DNA of 64,000 nucleotides from the IMG/VR virus record IMGVR_UViG_3300030376_003962. One strand, written 5' to 3'. Within the stretch, counting starts at the first letter, position 1, and every line of letters begins with the position of its first letter. The translations under genes were made by a program, and so were the position numbers. This document shows positions 25,830 through 35,921 of the stretch, piece by piece. Source of the stretch: an uncultured virus (IMG/VR IMGVR_UViG_3300030376_003962) (lineage: Duplodnaviria > Heunggongvirae > Uroviricota > Caudoviricetes). Under the pieces are notes generated by a model. The model saw only the letters and a program-made list of their open reading frames with translations. It was not told the DNA's origin and did no database searches.

Positions 25830-27715
25830 ATTTCACAGACTCCGCCTGCACAAGCAAGTTCGCCTTGCAGGTCAGTGTTGTCTTCTAACTCAACGACTTC
25901 TGTTAGATTAACCTCAGTCAGAAGTTTTAGCATGGTCTCGTACTGCTTCTTACCTATCGGTTCGTGTGGTGCTTGTTTGTACACCCCACCGTCGAAAGGT
26001 AGCACAGAAAGACCGTTGTAGAAGTCTCTGTTCTTCCACATCCAGTTCCTTACGTCATCCCATTCATCCTCACGGATGTTGACAGTTGCAGAAACATTGT
26101 GAGTGTTGACACCTCGATTGTGTCCTGTTACAACCCAATCGACTGATACTCTCTTTACTCTCTCCAACATCTCCAATGCTGATTCATCTCTTGTTATCGA
26201 ATTACCAGCAGGTGTCTTCTGAGGTATGGAGATGATAGCCTGATTCGGATTGTGGTAGTCGTCCTCCACTAAATCAGGGAACTTGGTTATCAGGTAATCA
26301 TAGATTGCCTCTGTCTTCAACACCCTGATTCTCCTGATGTAGTATTCAGACCACCAAGCATGGATGCCTGATGATGTTCCCATGACTAGACTGGTGGTTC
26401 CAGCAGGTTTGACGCATGTTATTCTCGCTGCCGTTTTGATGCCCAACGCGGTTGAGAAATACTCATTTGTGCTTCTTGCTTTGTTAGCAGCAGCCTCCAT
26501 GTCTAAGTTTAGAACACTACCACTTGCTATTCCAGTCATTGACACTCCTAGCAGTGCGTCTTTCTCGGATGTCTTCTTCCATACTTCCCTAAGATAGTGG
26601 AAGTCGGTATATGACGCTTGTAGTGTTCCTAAGAAAGTAGCATGTTCCACTCTCTTGTTCAACTCTGCTTGATTTGACACATCTGATACATTCACTTCTG
26701 TCAAGTTACAGAATTGATATGGTCTAAGAGCAATCTCACAACAAGGGTTGGTTCCCCAATCCTTGTCATTCGTGAAATAGAATCCCGGTTCTCCTGAACC
26801 TGAGTCTTGAACTCTCTTCCATAGATTGTTGAAGAAGTCCCTCTTGATTCTGTGTCGTAGTAGTACGACTGAGTTGTTTGCTCTTGCTCTCTGTGGGTTC
26901 TTCTCCCAAAAGTGTCCTGACTTCGATGTTATCATGTCATCGTCATCAGCACTGAACAAACTGATTAGTGCTGCTCTGCGAATACCGCCTGCCAACACTG
27001 CATCTGCAATGTAGCAAACGATATCGTGTGCTTCCAATGTGGTTAGTTTGTCTCCATTATCCTTGTTTGCAAGTATGCCTTCGACCTTAACTAGACATTC
27101 CTTCAGGGGTTGTGGGCCGGGTGCTTTACCACCACTAGTCTTCAACAACGCACCTTTCGGTCTGATGTCTGAGTAATCGAATCTAACTGTAGTTGCCCTC
27201 TTACCGATGTAAGACTCAAACAGAACCTTGACTGCATCTGCCCATCCTTCGATTGAATCTGCAATCAGATGTCTGTAAGTTCTCTTAGGGTTAGGTAGTC
27301 TAATCTCAGGTAACTTGTCAACATGATGACGTTGAACCGAGTAACCTACACCTGTTCCACCGAGCAATAGGAACATTGCCTCTGAGAACGAGAGATAATG
27401 GTCAATAGGCATGTAAGCACAATTGTACACACGATTAGGTGATAGTTCAATCGGCTTTCCTGCGAATTGCATTGACCTCATTGACGGTAGTATCTTCTTG
27501 GGGATAACATAGTTGTCGTATGTTTCGTGAATCTTATTCTTGAGAGTTTCAACTACATCATCCGATAGTTCTCTCTTAGTTATTGAATCTAAATGCATTT
27601 GCCTGTTTCTCTGACAAATCTCTTCCCATGTTTCTTTTCTCTTATCTGCTTCTTTCCACTTTGCATACTTCATATGTACAGTGATATCTGATAGTATTTC
27701 TTGTTGTATTTCCAT
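25826..27715 (-). CDS. nrdJ: Class II (adenosylcobalamin-dependent) ribonucleotide reductase
   Basis: NCAY, GGIRRAALISL, GSGEPG, GTNPCCEI, QFCNLTE, CVKPAGTTS, C-terminal CAGGVCEI; no small-subunit gene in the window. Confidence 0.9.
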   Translation of the reverse strand: MEIQQEILSDITVHMKYAKWKEADKRKETWEEICQRNRQMHLDSITKRELSDDVVETLKNKIHETYDNYVIPKKILPSMRSMQFAGKPIELSPNRVYNCAYMPIDHYLSFSEAMFLLLGGTGVGYSVQRHHVDKLPEIRLPNPKRTYRHLIADSIEGWADAVKVLFESYIGKRATTVRFDYSDIRPKGALLKTSGGKAPGPQPLKECLVKVEGILANKDNGDKLTTLEAHDIVCYIADAVLAGGIRRAALISLFSADDDDMITSKSGHFWEKNPQRARANNSVVLLRHRIKRDFFNNLWKRVQDSGSGEPGFYFTNDKDWGTNPCCEIALRPYQFCNLTEVNVSDVSNQAELNKRVEHATFLGTLQASYTDFHYLREVWKKTSEKDALLGVSMTGIASGSVLNLDMEAAANKARSTNEYFSTALGIKTAARITCVKPAGTTSLVMGTSSGIHAWWSEYYIRRIRVLKTEAIYDYLITKFPDLVEDDYHNPNQAIISIPQKTPAGNSITRDESALEMLERVKRVSVDWVVTGHNRGVNTHNVSATVNIREDEWDDVRNWMWKNRDFYNGLSVLPFDGGVYKQAPHEPIGKKQYETMLKLLTEVNLTEVVELEDNTDLQGELACAGGVCEI

Positions 27716-27801
27716 TTTCTCATCTCCTATGATTGGAAGTAGGCTTTGCACCTACTTGACAGTCAATCTAACTACTGCTAAGACTTGGGTTGCGTGTTAA
27801 T

Positions 27802-28002
27802 CTAACATCCGCCAACTACTGCTTGTTGTAGGCGAACTTCGTTGACGGTCTCCCAATCAACGTCGGGGATATTCTCCCTGAGAACCATGTCTCCGTCAAT
27901 GAACACCCAATGTGTCGGATGGTCATTTATCTGCTCAAGAGCAGAGACTTGGTTTACTTCCATTTCTGTGTGGCCTGTTTCGTTTGCTATTATCAATTTC
28001 AT
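27802..28002 (-). CDS. Putative ubiquitin-like (ThiS/MoaD/SAMP-type beta-grasp) protein
   Basis: 66 aa; MKLII...VFIDG...EVRLQQAVVGG-C end matches the ThiS/MoaD pattern; E1 and JAB genes lie downstream on the same strand. Confidence 0.7.
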   Translation of the reverse strand: MKLIIANETGHTEMEVNQVSALEQINDHPTHWVFIDGDMVLRENIPDVDWETVNEVRLQQAVVGGC

Positions 28003-28018
28003 ATTTTTTCCTCCATTT

Positions 28019-28240
28019 TTATTCTGTTGTTCTTTGTGCTTGTACTTCTTGAAGCCTTCCGGTCAAGATGTTGATGGTCTGCTCGTAGTGTCTGCACAGC
28101 GCAATATAGTTGTTTGCTGTGTTAACTAGAGTCTGAATGTTCGCATTGTTCTGAACGAGCAACTGCTCAAGTTCTGCTATGCGGGTATCCTTCTCATCCA
28201 CCTTCTCTTCGGCTTTCTTTGTTTCCTTTTTTGTTGTCAT
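28019..28240 (-). CDS. Small coiled-coil protein
   Basis: Heptad-rich 73 aa, GGAGG RBS. Confidence 0.55.
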   Translation of the reverse strand: MTTKKETKKAEEKVDEKDTRIAELEQLLVQNNANIQTLVNTANNYIALCRHYEQTINILTGRLQEVQAQRTTE

Positions 28241-29364
28241 TGTTTTTCCTCCTTTAGTTCATCTATTAATGAAGATACATTTCCTTTCGTTAAATCAGAA
28301 ATGTCTCCATCATAGCCCAAAGCCCGCAGGTAATTCACCTGACGTTCAGTTGGCTTATCATTATAACGTTCATAGATTGATTTTACTTTATCAACTTGGC
28401 GTTCTGAGAGGTGTCTCCTTCTCAGAATGCGACCCTCCATGTCAGTCAGGAATCTCTTCTCCCAATTGTTCGATGCCATTTCGACAGAGAATACAGGGAT
28501 GTCGAAATACTCACAGGATTCCCTGAATTCATACCCCTGCTTCTCACGTAGAACGCTGTTTCTTATGGCTGCTTGCTTTCGATATTCCTCGTTCTTCAGT
28601 TTCTGACTCTCGATGTTCTCATCCTCTTCAGCAACAGTTGCTTTATGCCTCTCAAGTAATGCATCGAAGATAGTCATGTCATTCATAAGTTTCTCATTAG
28701 GGAAACCCTTCGTGTGAATCTGAGCCTTCGGGTTATCAGGATGATTCCATCGCCAAACGATAGAAGCCATCTCGTAATCCATAGTGCCAAACACTCCCTT
28801 GCCCTTCTTGCGAATCTTAGTCTCAGGGATAGTAATCCCTAGTGTTTTGTCAAAGACATATCTTCCACTCCTGCGAACGTTGATTCTCAAATCTAGTTCC
28901 TTGACCCTGTTGAACAGGTCAGTGAAATCCTCACCATTCGCTCTCCACCAAGCATCTTTCATCAATGCAGAAACACGGACATCAATCCATTCCTGAATCA
29001 TTTTCTCAGTGATTGACTGAGCATCCATTCCTGTCTCTTCTACGATTGCTCTGAGAATCATGTAGGAGTTGATGTGGTCTGAACCAACACACTCTCTAGC
29101 ACCAGTCTCAGTATTATGAATCTCGAAATGATACACTATTCGATGTGTGCATAAGCACTGGTTAGGATGATTCGATGCCCAATCGGGTCTTGGAGTCCCA
29201 ATACCCTGCCACCAAACTTCTCCTGTTGCAATCCACTCATGCTTCGCATCATCATAGTTATCCGAGATAGAAAGGTCAGTCATATTCTCCTTCAGTTTCT
29301 TATCCCATCTGCCGTTTCCTAATTCTTTCTTTGCTGTAATATACTCATTATCCATTTTATTCAC
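28237..29364 (-). CDS. Hypothetical protein with Zn-binding-like CLC...VGSDH motif
   Basis: 375-aa ORF, AGGTGA RBS. Confidence 0.65.
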   Translation of the reverse strand: MNKMDNEYITAKKELGNGRWDKKLKENMTDLSISDNYDDAKHEWIATGEVWWQGIGTPRPDWASNHPNQCLCTHRIVYHFEIHNTETGARECVGSDHINSYMILRAIVEETGMDAQSITEKMIQEWIDVRVSALMKDAWWRANGEDFTDLFNRVKELDLRINVRRSGRYVFDKTLGITIPETKIRKKGKGVFGTMDYEMASIVWRWNHPDNPKAQIHTKGFPNEKLMNDMTIFDALLERHKATVAEEDENIESQKLKNEEYRKQAAIRNSVLREKQGYEFRESCEYFDIPVFSVEMASNNWEKRFLTDMEGRILRRRHLSERQVDKVKSIYERYNDKPTERQVNYLRALGYDGDISDLTKGNVSSLIDELKEEKQ

Positions 29365-29468
29365 CTACATATGTTTCTTTGGAACATGTCTTGCAGAAGA
29401 CGCCTCTTCCAACGAAGGACTTCCATAAAACTCCCATCCTTCCACAATTCGCGCATCTTCCAATATCT

Positions 29469-29717
29469 CTATTCATGCTCATCAGTTCTATCCATCATCT
29501 CGTAACCTCTCTGCTCTGCTAAGAAAGCAGTGAGAAGTTCGTTTATCTTACCAAACAGTGCTTCTGCACAACCGCCTATCGTCTTACGATGCAATGATAG
29601 CCAAATCCTGTGTTCTGCATTCAGAACCACTTTCGGCATATCGGTATCATCCATCGTTATTATTATCGGCGGCATCGTCGGGTCATTCACTAATCTAAAT
29701 TCAACTACATTTTCCAT
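29469..29717 (-). CDS. Hypothetical protein
   Basis: GGTGA RBS. Confidence 0.55.
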   Translation of the reverse strand: MENVVEFRLVNDPTMPPIIITMDDTDMPKVVLNAEHRIWLSLHRKTIGGCAEALFGKINELLTAFLAEQRGYEMMDRTDEHE

Positions 29718-29897
29718 ATTATCACCATTCATATCCTTGTCTCTTAGTCTCTTCTAGCATTCGCAGAGACTTATCATGTCCAGCCCTCAAAAACACTCTT
29801 TGCCAGTGTGCGGGGTCTTTCATGATGTCCGGCTTCTTGCCGAAGAATGCATCTTTCATGTCTTTCATTTTTATTCTCATTATTTCTATTACTTCTT

Positions 29898-30200
29898 TCA
29901 TTTCTTATACCTCCCATCGAATTCGTCTTTGGGAATCAACGCTTGAAGCAAACCACCAATCAATTTTGGGATTGCCATCAAGATTCGCTCTACTCTCTTC
30001 TTCTTCAGTATCTCAAGATACACACGTTCCTTTCTCCAAAGGACATTGATGTTTGGCGTTCCTGCCAAATCTATTATGCTCTCATATGTTTCACCATACG
30101 ACATCGCAGCAGCATCAAGAGTACAATTAGTCAAATCGTCATACTCATCTTCAAGGGCTTTCCGCCCCCATATTCTCATTATTATATTCATATTGTTCAC
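29898..30200 (-). CDS. Hypothetical protein
   Basis: ORF in the minus-strand operon. Confidence 0.5.
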   Translation of the reverse strand: MNNMNIIMRIWGRKALEDEYDDLTNCTLDAAAMSYGETYESIIDLAGTPNINVLWRKERVYLEILKKKRVERILMAIPKLIGGLLQALIPKDEFDGRYKK

Positions 30201-30441
30201 CTTTGTTCTTGTGCTTGAATCTCTTAATCATATCATTCAAGTTGTTCTTAGTTGTGGCAGTCATGAACTTCTGACCACCACGAAGGAATATCAGGATGCT
30301 GAAGAACTTCTCAATGTGGTCGTGTTCTCTGTTCCTGAATCTGTCCATCAATGGGTCATCCTCATCCAATGGTCTCCAAGTGAATGCTTGCATCTCTTCA
30401 ACAGAGACAATACCATTGGTGAATCGGATATACCCTTTCAT
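30151..30441 (-). CDS. Hypothetical protein
   Basis: ORF in the minus-strand operon. Confidence 0.5.
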   Translation of the reverse strand: MKGYIRFTNGIVSVEEMQAFTWRPLDEDDPLMDRFRNREHDHIEKFFSILIFLRGGQKFMTATTKNNLNDMIKRFKHKNKGEQYEYNNENMGAESP

Positions 30442-30601
30442 TCTTCTTCAATTCCGTGTAATGCCAACCACTCACTGTAAGTCGGTTCACACTGACACAG
30501 ACAAGGGACGGGTTCTTTCTCACCATATGCGGTTTGTAAAACTGCCGTTCCCGTTCCATTGCATATACTGCATATGCTTTCTCTAATTATTCTAATCGCC
30601 T

Positions 30602-31171
30602 TCATATCAATCCCCACTTGACTAGGATTGCGTCGTTGATTCTTTTTTCCTCAAGCGACATCTTGAGGTAATGGTCTTGAGGCCACCATTCAGGCTCTTG
30701 CGTCTTCCAAGTAGCGAATCGCCACTTGTCGTGGATGTAATACTGTCTGTACTTTTCGATAGTTGACATCTTATCGAATCCATCAACCAATCTGCACTTC
30801 ATGTTCTCTGAAATAGCGATTGCAAACGGAGTCAGTGCATCATCAGGCAGAAGTCTCTCTGCCTCATCCATCTGACAGGAATACTCGTTCATCAGAATTT
30901 CGACCTTGTGGGTCTTGCCATACCTGTTGGTATATTCGCTGCACAAGGCATAGGCATGTTCACGCAACCACTGAAAGTTCTGCTTCGTCTCCCTCGCCCA
31001 AATGGTGGAGGGGTGATTCAACATCACAGGCTTCCAACCTGCTTCCAAACCGAGATGGTCTAGAATAGTGAACAGCATCTGCAAACTCTCAGTTGGCATC
31101 TTCACCACATGTTTGTCCAGCATCATCTTCGCTGAAGTTCTAGGTGAATCATCTAGTGTGAATATGTTCAT
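30602..31171 (-). CDS. Pyrimidine-dimer DNA glycosylase (DenV-like) family protein
   Basis: MNIFxLD...DKHVVKM..E..QML, NHPSTIWAR, EYTNRYGKTH. Confidence 0.75.
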   Translation of the reverse strand: MNIFTLDDSPRTSAKMMLDKHVVKMPTESLQMLFTILDHLGLEAGWKPVMLNHPSTIWARETKQNFQWLREHAYALCSEYTNRYGKTHKVEILMNEYSCQMDEAERLLPDDALTPFAIAISENMKCRLVDGFDKMSTIEKYRQYYIHDKWRFATWKTQEPEWWPQDHYLKMSLEEKRINDAILVKWGLI

Positions 31172-31605
31172 TCCTCTTCACCTCTGTCATTCCTCAAACT
31201 CTTTCGCAGTCTCTTGACCACAATGGCATCCACCTTGTCCTTGAAGTAATCAGACTTCATCTCCTTCCTCAAGACAGAGCCGACTACCCTCTTGTTGGAG
31301 GTGATGCTATCTACTATCTTCTCAAGCCTCGCAACCTGAGCCTCCAAGTCTGAAATCCTCTTCCTCTCGATGTTCTCGACGTTCATCTTATGCATAACCC
31401 ATTGGCGCATACTGTCGTTGTTGCCACCTTGAGCATACTTGTTAGTGCTATACACCAGTGGTGTGTGACCTTGCAGATGACTACTCTTCTGATAGTTACC
31501 TATGTGATTGTCACAATACTTCTGCTGGCTATTGCGACTGGTATAAACCGCATTGCACTTGTGTCCGTCTTCCAATATATATTCGCATCTTCTTGTCATT
31601 TTCAT
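31168..31605 (-). CDS. Hypothetical protein (N-terminal C/C/C/H finger, coiled coil)
   Basis: GGAGG RBS before MKMTRRC. Confidence 0.55.
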   Translation of the reverse strand: MKMTRRCEYILEDGHKCNAVYTSRNSQQKYCDNHIGNYQKSSHLQGHTPLVYSTNKYAQGGNNDSMRQWVMHKMNVENIERKRISDLEAQVARLEKIVDSITSNKRVVGSVLRKEMKSDYFKDKVDAIVVKRLRKSLRNDRGEEE

Positions 31606-32242
31606 TATTATTCCTCCTGTTGTTGATTGATTGTAATGCAGAGAAAGGTCGAGGCCGCGTGAACCTCCGATACTAGGAAGTGAAACAACACCGAGCAATA
31701 ACTCTCGGTAAGACCTTTTTTATTCATATCAAAACTCTGCTCGCTATGTCATGCACGTAGCCATACGATATTGACATTTTGAGTGTGTTGTCGGAAAAAA
31801 GCGTTGCGGAGAGAGATTACAACTACTGTGATTATTTGCTTTTTTTACTCAGTAAACCGACTGTGTAGTATCCTACACATGTATAGTTATAGGGCAATGA
31901 ACCCTGTTAGTTTGAAGGGGGAAAGGAATAGGTTCTATGCCCATTCCTACGAGTTAGGAAACTGCTATCCGGTAGAACGATTAGCCTATTTGGTTTTACA
32001 TATCCGTATTATCCTGCTTTATTTTTTATAGCGCAAAGCCATCGACTCGTTTCTAAAGCCGACGAACACGTTTTCCTTGATTACTCAATCATCCTGCTAA
32101 GTCTGATATTCATCAATTCTGATATAACTCTGTTATCTTCAATTCCTTATTATTTGGTAAACCCCCAATTTCTCCATGCTCACCGTTAAACCGCTAAGTG
32201 TAACTTGGCTCTACGAGCATATGGTGGAGTGTGGTCGATAAC

Positions 32243-32575
32243 TCATCTTCTTGAGACGAGTAAAAGAGTCAGATATCCTATCAAATCCTTGATGATATCA
32301 TCGTCTGATTCTAGTGAGTCATTACCGAGGACAAGCCTGTTCAACTTGTCATCGATTCTGACTTTGATTTGTTCATCTTGAGATGCCTGTGAGAAGAACC
32401 TCTTGGGATTCAACACCGAATCACCATACTGATTGTTCTTCTGAAGAAGCATATCCTTCATCTCGTCGCACACTTCAGCAATTCTCTGCTGCGAGTCTGT
32501 CATAGCATCCTGCTTGAAGTTCTGCTGTTGCATTGGCTGTCTTGGCACTTTCGCACCCCATTTGTTTTCTGTCAT
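32243..32575 (-). CDS. DUF1599 / nucleotide-modification-associated domain 1-like protein
   Basis: KNNQYGDS...VRIDDKLNRL...DLIGY. Confidence 0.7.
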   Translation of the reverse strand: MTENKWGAKVPRQPMQQQNFKQDAMTDSQQRIAEVCDEMKDMLLQKNNQYGDSVLNPKRFFSQASQDEQIKVRIDDKLNRLVLGNDSLESDDDIIKDLIGYLTLLLVSRR

Positions 32576-32619
32576 TGTAATCACCTGTGTTTCCGAACCG
32601 CGCAAACGGTTTGAATGTT

Positions 32620-33000
32620 ATTATCATTATTTTATCACGCCTTGAGAAAATACAACTTTCTCGCAGTGCAGTGGTTTTCTTCAATATTATCATTTTATCA
32701 ATTTTATCACCCCTCTCAAGAAGAGAGAGAGTGAGTATATGTAACATAGAGTAGTAGTAGTAATAGTGATAATAATGATAAAATGATAATATTAATTAAA
32801 ATCATTATTTACAGGCTAAATTCCCACATTTCTTTTTTCTCACTCAATGAGAAAATTGAGAATATGCGAGAATAATAGGAAAACCTGTAATCACACTAGG
32901 ATATGGACTATCATAATATGTCATTCAATATCCATATTATATATATGATATAATATACATATGTGAAACCATACTTTGACTCTTTGAATCATCAACAGAT
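32620..33000. other. AT-rich divergence region with inverted repeats, candidate replication origin / divergent promoter
   Basis: Gene strand switch; repeated TTATCA/TGATAA; perfect 18-bp inverted repeat at 32683-32700 / 32776-32793; AT run near 32930-32962. Confidence 0.5.
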
Positions 33001-33273
33001 TATGGTAAGCATAAATAAAGACAATTAGCAGTTGTCGGATAAAAGCGGGTATGGAATCTGCTGTGCAAATGAGATGTCATTCCTGCGGAATACCAACCAT
33101 CTCAAGTACCCTTATCCACAAACCTCAGTATTTAAAGACCTGACCACCCATAGAAACACATCAAAAATAACTGTCCACTCTAACCTCTGACTTTACAACC
33201 ATATGGTCAGTCAACTTTCGTTTAGTGGCAACGCCACGGCTGACCTCATATATTGATGATTTTACAGATGGTC

Positions 33274-33660
33274 ATGCCACTGATAGTAGGAATAGTGAAT
33301 GGAATGGACAAGGGCTTCAATGAAGTCGAGATAGGCTTGGTTAACGGATTCGGATTTGGAATGTTAGCAACGAATGCAGGAGTGGGGTTCGATGTTTGGA
33401 ACAAAATCACTGTTGAAGAGTTTAGGCGCAGAATGCTATTATGCAACTTCGCTAACCCCATATTCAAAATGGAAGACTTCTATGATATGCTCACCATCGA
33501 GTTTTGCGAGAGATTGAAAGATGCTGATTGGTACTGCAATTGCGCCACACTCGACAAGAGGAAGTTCAACAGCGAGTACAAGAAGTGGTTAGTCAATTTG
33601 AACCAGAGTAAGTTCACTTCATTCTTGTACGATATGGATAACAGGGGTGAAGAGGAATGA
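33274..33660 (+). CDS. Hypothetical early protein
   Basis: ATG 27 nt after a CATATATTG box; start uncertain. Confidence 0.55.
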   Translation: MPLIVGIVNGMDKGFNEVEIGLVNGFGFGMLATNAGVGFDVWNKITVEEFRRRMLLCNFANPIFKMEDFYDMLTIEFCERLKDADWYCNCATLDKRKFNSEYKKWLVNLNQSKFTSFLYDMDNRGEEE

Positions 33661-33726
33661 GATACGATATGCAATGTGATGGATGCAATAAAGAAGTGAC
33701 AATCGAAGGCGCATACTTGGGATGTA

Positions 33727-33954
33727 TTGAAGATGTATGGTGCGAAGAATGTGGATGGGAAGGTGAGAATCTTGAAGATTGAGGCTCAGACATGTGATAT
33801 CTGTGGTGAACCCATTGACATCCACTACAAGGAAGATGGTACTCCTTACTGGGCGAATGGTCACAATGCTGAACCGATAGTAGTTGGCAGGTGTTGTGAT
33901 AAGTGTCAGAATGAGGTTGTCCTACCTGAGAGAATCAGGAGGGCTATCTCATGA
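33727..33954 (+). CDS. Small Zn-binding protein
   Basis: CDIC...GHNAEP...RCCDKC. Confidence 0.6.
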   Translation: MKMYGAKNVDGKVRILKIEAQTCDICGEPIDIHYKEDGTPYWANGHNAEPIVVGRCCDKCQNEVVLPERIRRAIS

Positions 33955-34003
33955 AACTGAAGATAAGGGTCGAAACCGAGGAATATATTTGGGAGTTGTG
34001 GGA

Positions 34004-34324
34004 ATGAGTGATGATATAGATTACAAGACAGAGAAAAACAATGAGATGCTGATGGATTACCAGCGCGAGAGGGCAGAGGAAGAGATTCAGGCCAACTGCC
34101 ACCATGAGAATATCTATATCGAAGAAATTCAGGTTGTACTCCCGATGCCAAAGGACATGAAGAAGGGGGAGGTTCTTGTGACACCCTATTACAGAGTGGA
34201 AGCCTACTTCGTTTGCTATGATTGCAACAAGGCAAAGTGGGTTCCTGTCGATATGGATGACTACATCGTGAATTTAAACGACCCAGAAATATCCTTCTTG
34301 AACTCTGAGGTTCTTGATGATTAA
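34004..34324 (+). CDS. Hypothetical protein
   Basis: MSDDIDY...CHH...CYDC. Confidence 0.55.
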   Translation: MSDDIDYKTEKNNEMLMDYQRERAEEEIQANCHHENIYIEEIQVVLPMPKDMKKGEVLVTPYYRVEAYFVCYDCNKAKWVPVDMDDYIVNLNDPEISFLNSEVLDD

Positions 34325-34563
34325 AACGTAGCATAACGGCCACCTTTCGGGGTGTGTCGCTACGCTCTACAAAGTGTTCACACCATATGGTAGGTATAGT
34401 CTGTTAGAAGAATAGACTAATGACATAAACTGTCAGAACGTCGTCGAATACACTCAACACGGCTATTATACCCCATTTTGTCTTGGTCATATGTGCTAAC
34501 GCATGACCATATGGTGGGGCTTTGCTACAACCCCATAATATACTGTTGATATTCAATAAGGTC

Positions 34564-34764
34564 ATGAAAGAAGACAATTGGAGAGAGGGTCTAGTGACCA
34601 CGAAAGAAACTATGGTAAGATATGCAACATGGTTCTGTAGGAACTGTGGAAACGAAAGACTGTGTGTGGGTGATGGAAACAGCATATGCTTGAATTGCGA
34701 CACTGAAAAGCATGGCTTTCAGGCTATCACAGACCTACTACATGAGGTTATTCGGGGCGATTGA
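34564..34764 (+). CDS. Small zinc-finger protein
   Basis: CRNC...CLNC; ATG 26 nt after an AATATACTG box. Confidence 0.55.
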   Translation: MKEDNWREGLVTTKETMVRYATWFCRNCGNERLCVGDGNSICLNCDTEKHGFQAITDLLHEVIRGD

Positions 34765-34829
34765 GGTTGCTCCGTCCCTCACTTCGTTCCGCAACCATAT
34801 GGTAGTGAAACTTTGTAGCGCAGCGCACT

Positions 34830-34846
34830 ACCTCATATACTGATGA
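34830..34846 (+). promoter_or_regulatory. Putative viral early promoter box ACCTCATATACTGATGA (representative copy)
   Basis: Related boxes near 33243, 34538, 35631, 36272 and 36774, each just downstream of the palindrome. Confidence 0.6.
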
Positions 34847-34899
34847 GATATGGTAAGGATGTTCATAGAGGTGTGAACTAGATAACAGGAGAGATAATT

Positions 34900-35379
34900 A
34901 TGGCAATGGATACATGGAATGAATTTACTACAACAGTATTAGAATATACAACGAACGGCTCTGTGGATGACTATTCCGCAACAATGGTTGCGAATTTCGT
35001 CAAGCAGGGAAGCGAAAGCCCAAGAGAGCAAGTGAGACTATCACGAACTATCAAGGACATACTTTCACAATTCGCTGATTCGCCTTTGGCTGGTCGAAAA
35101 TCAAGCACCCGAAAGAGTGGCCTAGCCCTTCTATCGGATGCTCAGCAGGCAGAGTGGAATGACAACGTTAGCATGGAGAATGTTGACGGAACCATCACAC
35201 TAACCATCAGTGCGGATTACATCACGCAATACCACAAGGTATTCAGCGGGAAGAAAATCACGGTCAACGGCAAGAAGACGCCTATGACTGCGTGGCCTAC
35301 AGCGGAGGATTGCATCAACGCGAGACTCCTAACCGAAATGCAGACACAGTACGTGTCGGCTGTTAAGGGGGATGAATAA
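34900..35379 (+). CDS. Hypothetical early protein
   Basis: 159 aa with AGGAG RBS. Confidence 0.65.
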   Translation: MAMDTWNEFTTTVLEYTTNGSVDDYSATMVANFVKQGSESPREQVRLSRTIKDILSQFADSPLAGRKSSTRKSGLALLSDAQQAEWNDNVSMENVDGTITLTISADYITQYHKVFSGKKITVNGKKTPMTAWPTAEDCINARLLTEMQTQYVSAVKGDE

Positions 35380-35675
35380 TTTAGTCACCCTACACCTCTA
35401 TGGACACCTTTCACACTCACAACGCACAACCGAGTAGAATGGGCAGACAAAAGAACCACTTTGATAGCGTCTAGCCCCTCCGCGAGCGTTTGAATGAGGG
35501 GATAGCCCACATCATGACTTGCAAGCATGGTAATCGGGCTATCCTCTCGACCTAAACCTCAGTTTTTGAGGTAATCCCGCGGGTACAAAGTTCTATTACC
35601 ATATGGTGGGACTTTTGTTAACACCCCGTTAAATACTGATGAAAAGCGTCTAAACCATCAAAGGAGTTGAAACTA

Positions 35676-35921
35676 ATGGGTAACAATTGGCAAAGAAGGC
35701 ACAGAAGAGAGAATGAAGATTTTCAGGCAGCGAGAAAGTTAGAGGCTGAATTATGGGCGATGGAGCGTAATCGCCGGTTTCCAACTGATGCGGATTTCCT
35801 GAAGCATATACGCGGGAAACTAGGATGGCCCAAGTACAACAAGTACCAATTGAATCATTACTCTCAAGGCGAGGGAGCGGTAACATACTCAGATATTGAA
35901 GAAGGTGAAAAGAGTGTTTGA
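35676..35921 (+). CDS. Hypothetical early protein
   Basis: AAGGAG RBS. Confidence 0.5.
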   Translation: MGNNWQRRHRRENEDFQAARKLEAELWAMERNRRFPTDADFLKHIRGKLGWPKYNKYQLNHYSQGEGAVTYSDIEEGEKSV

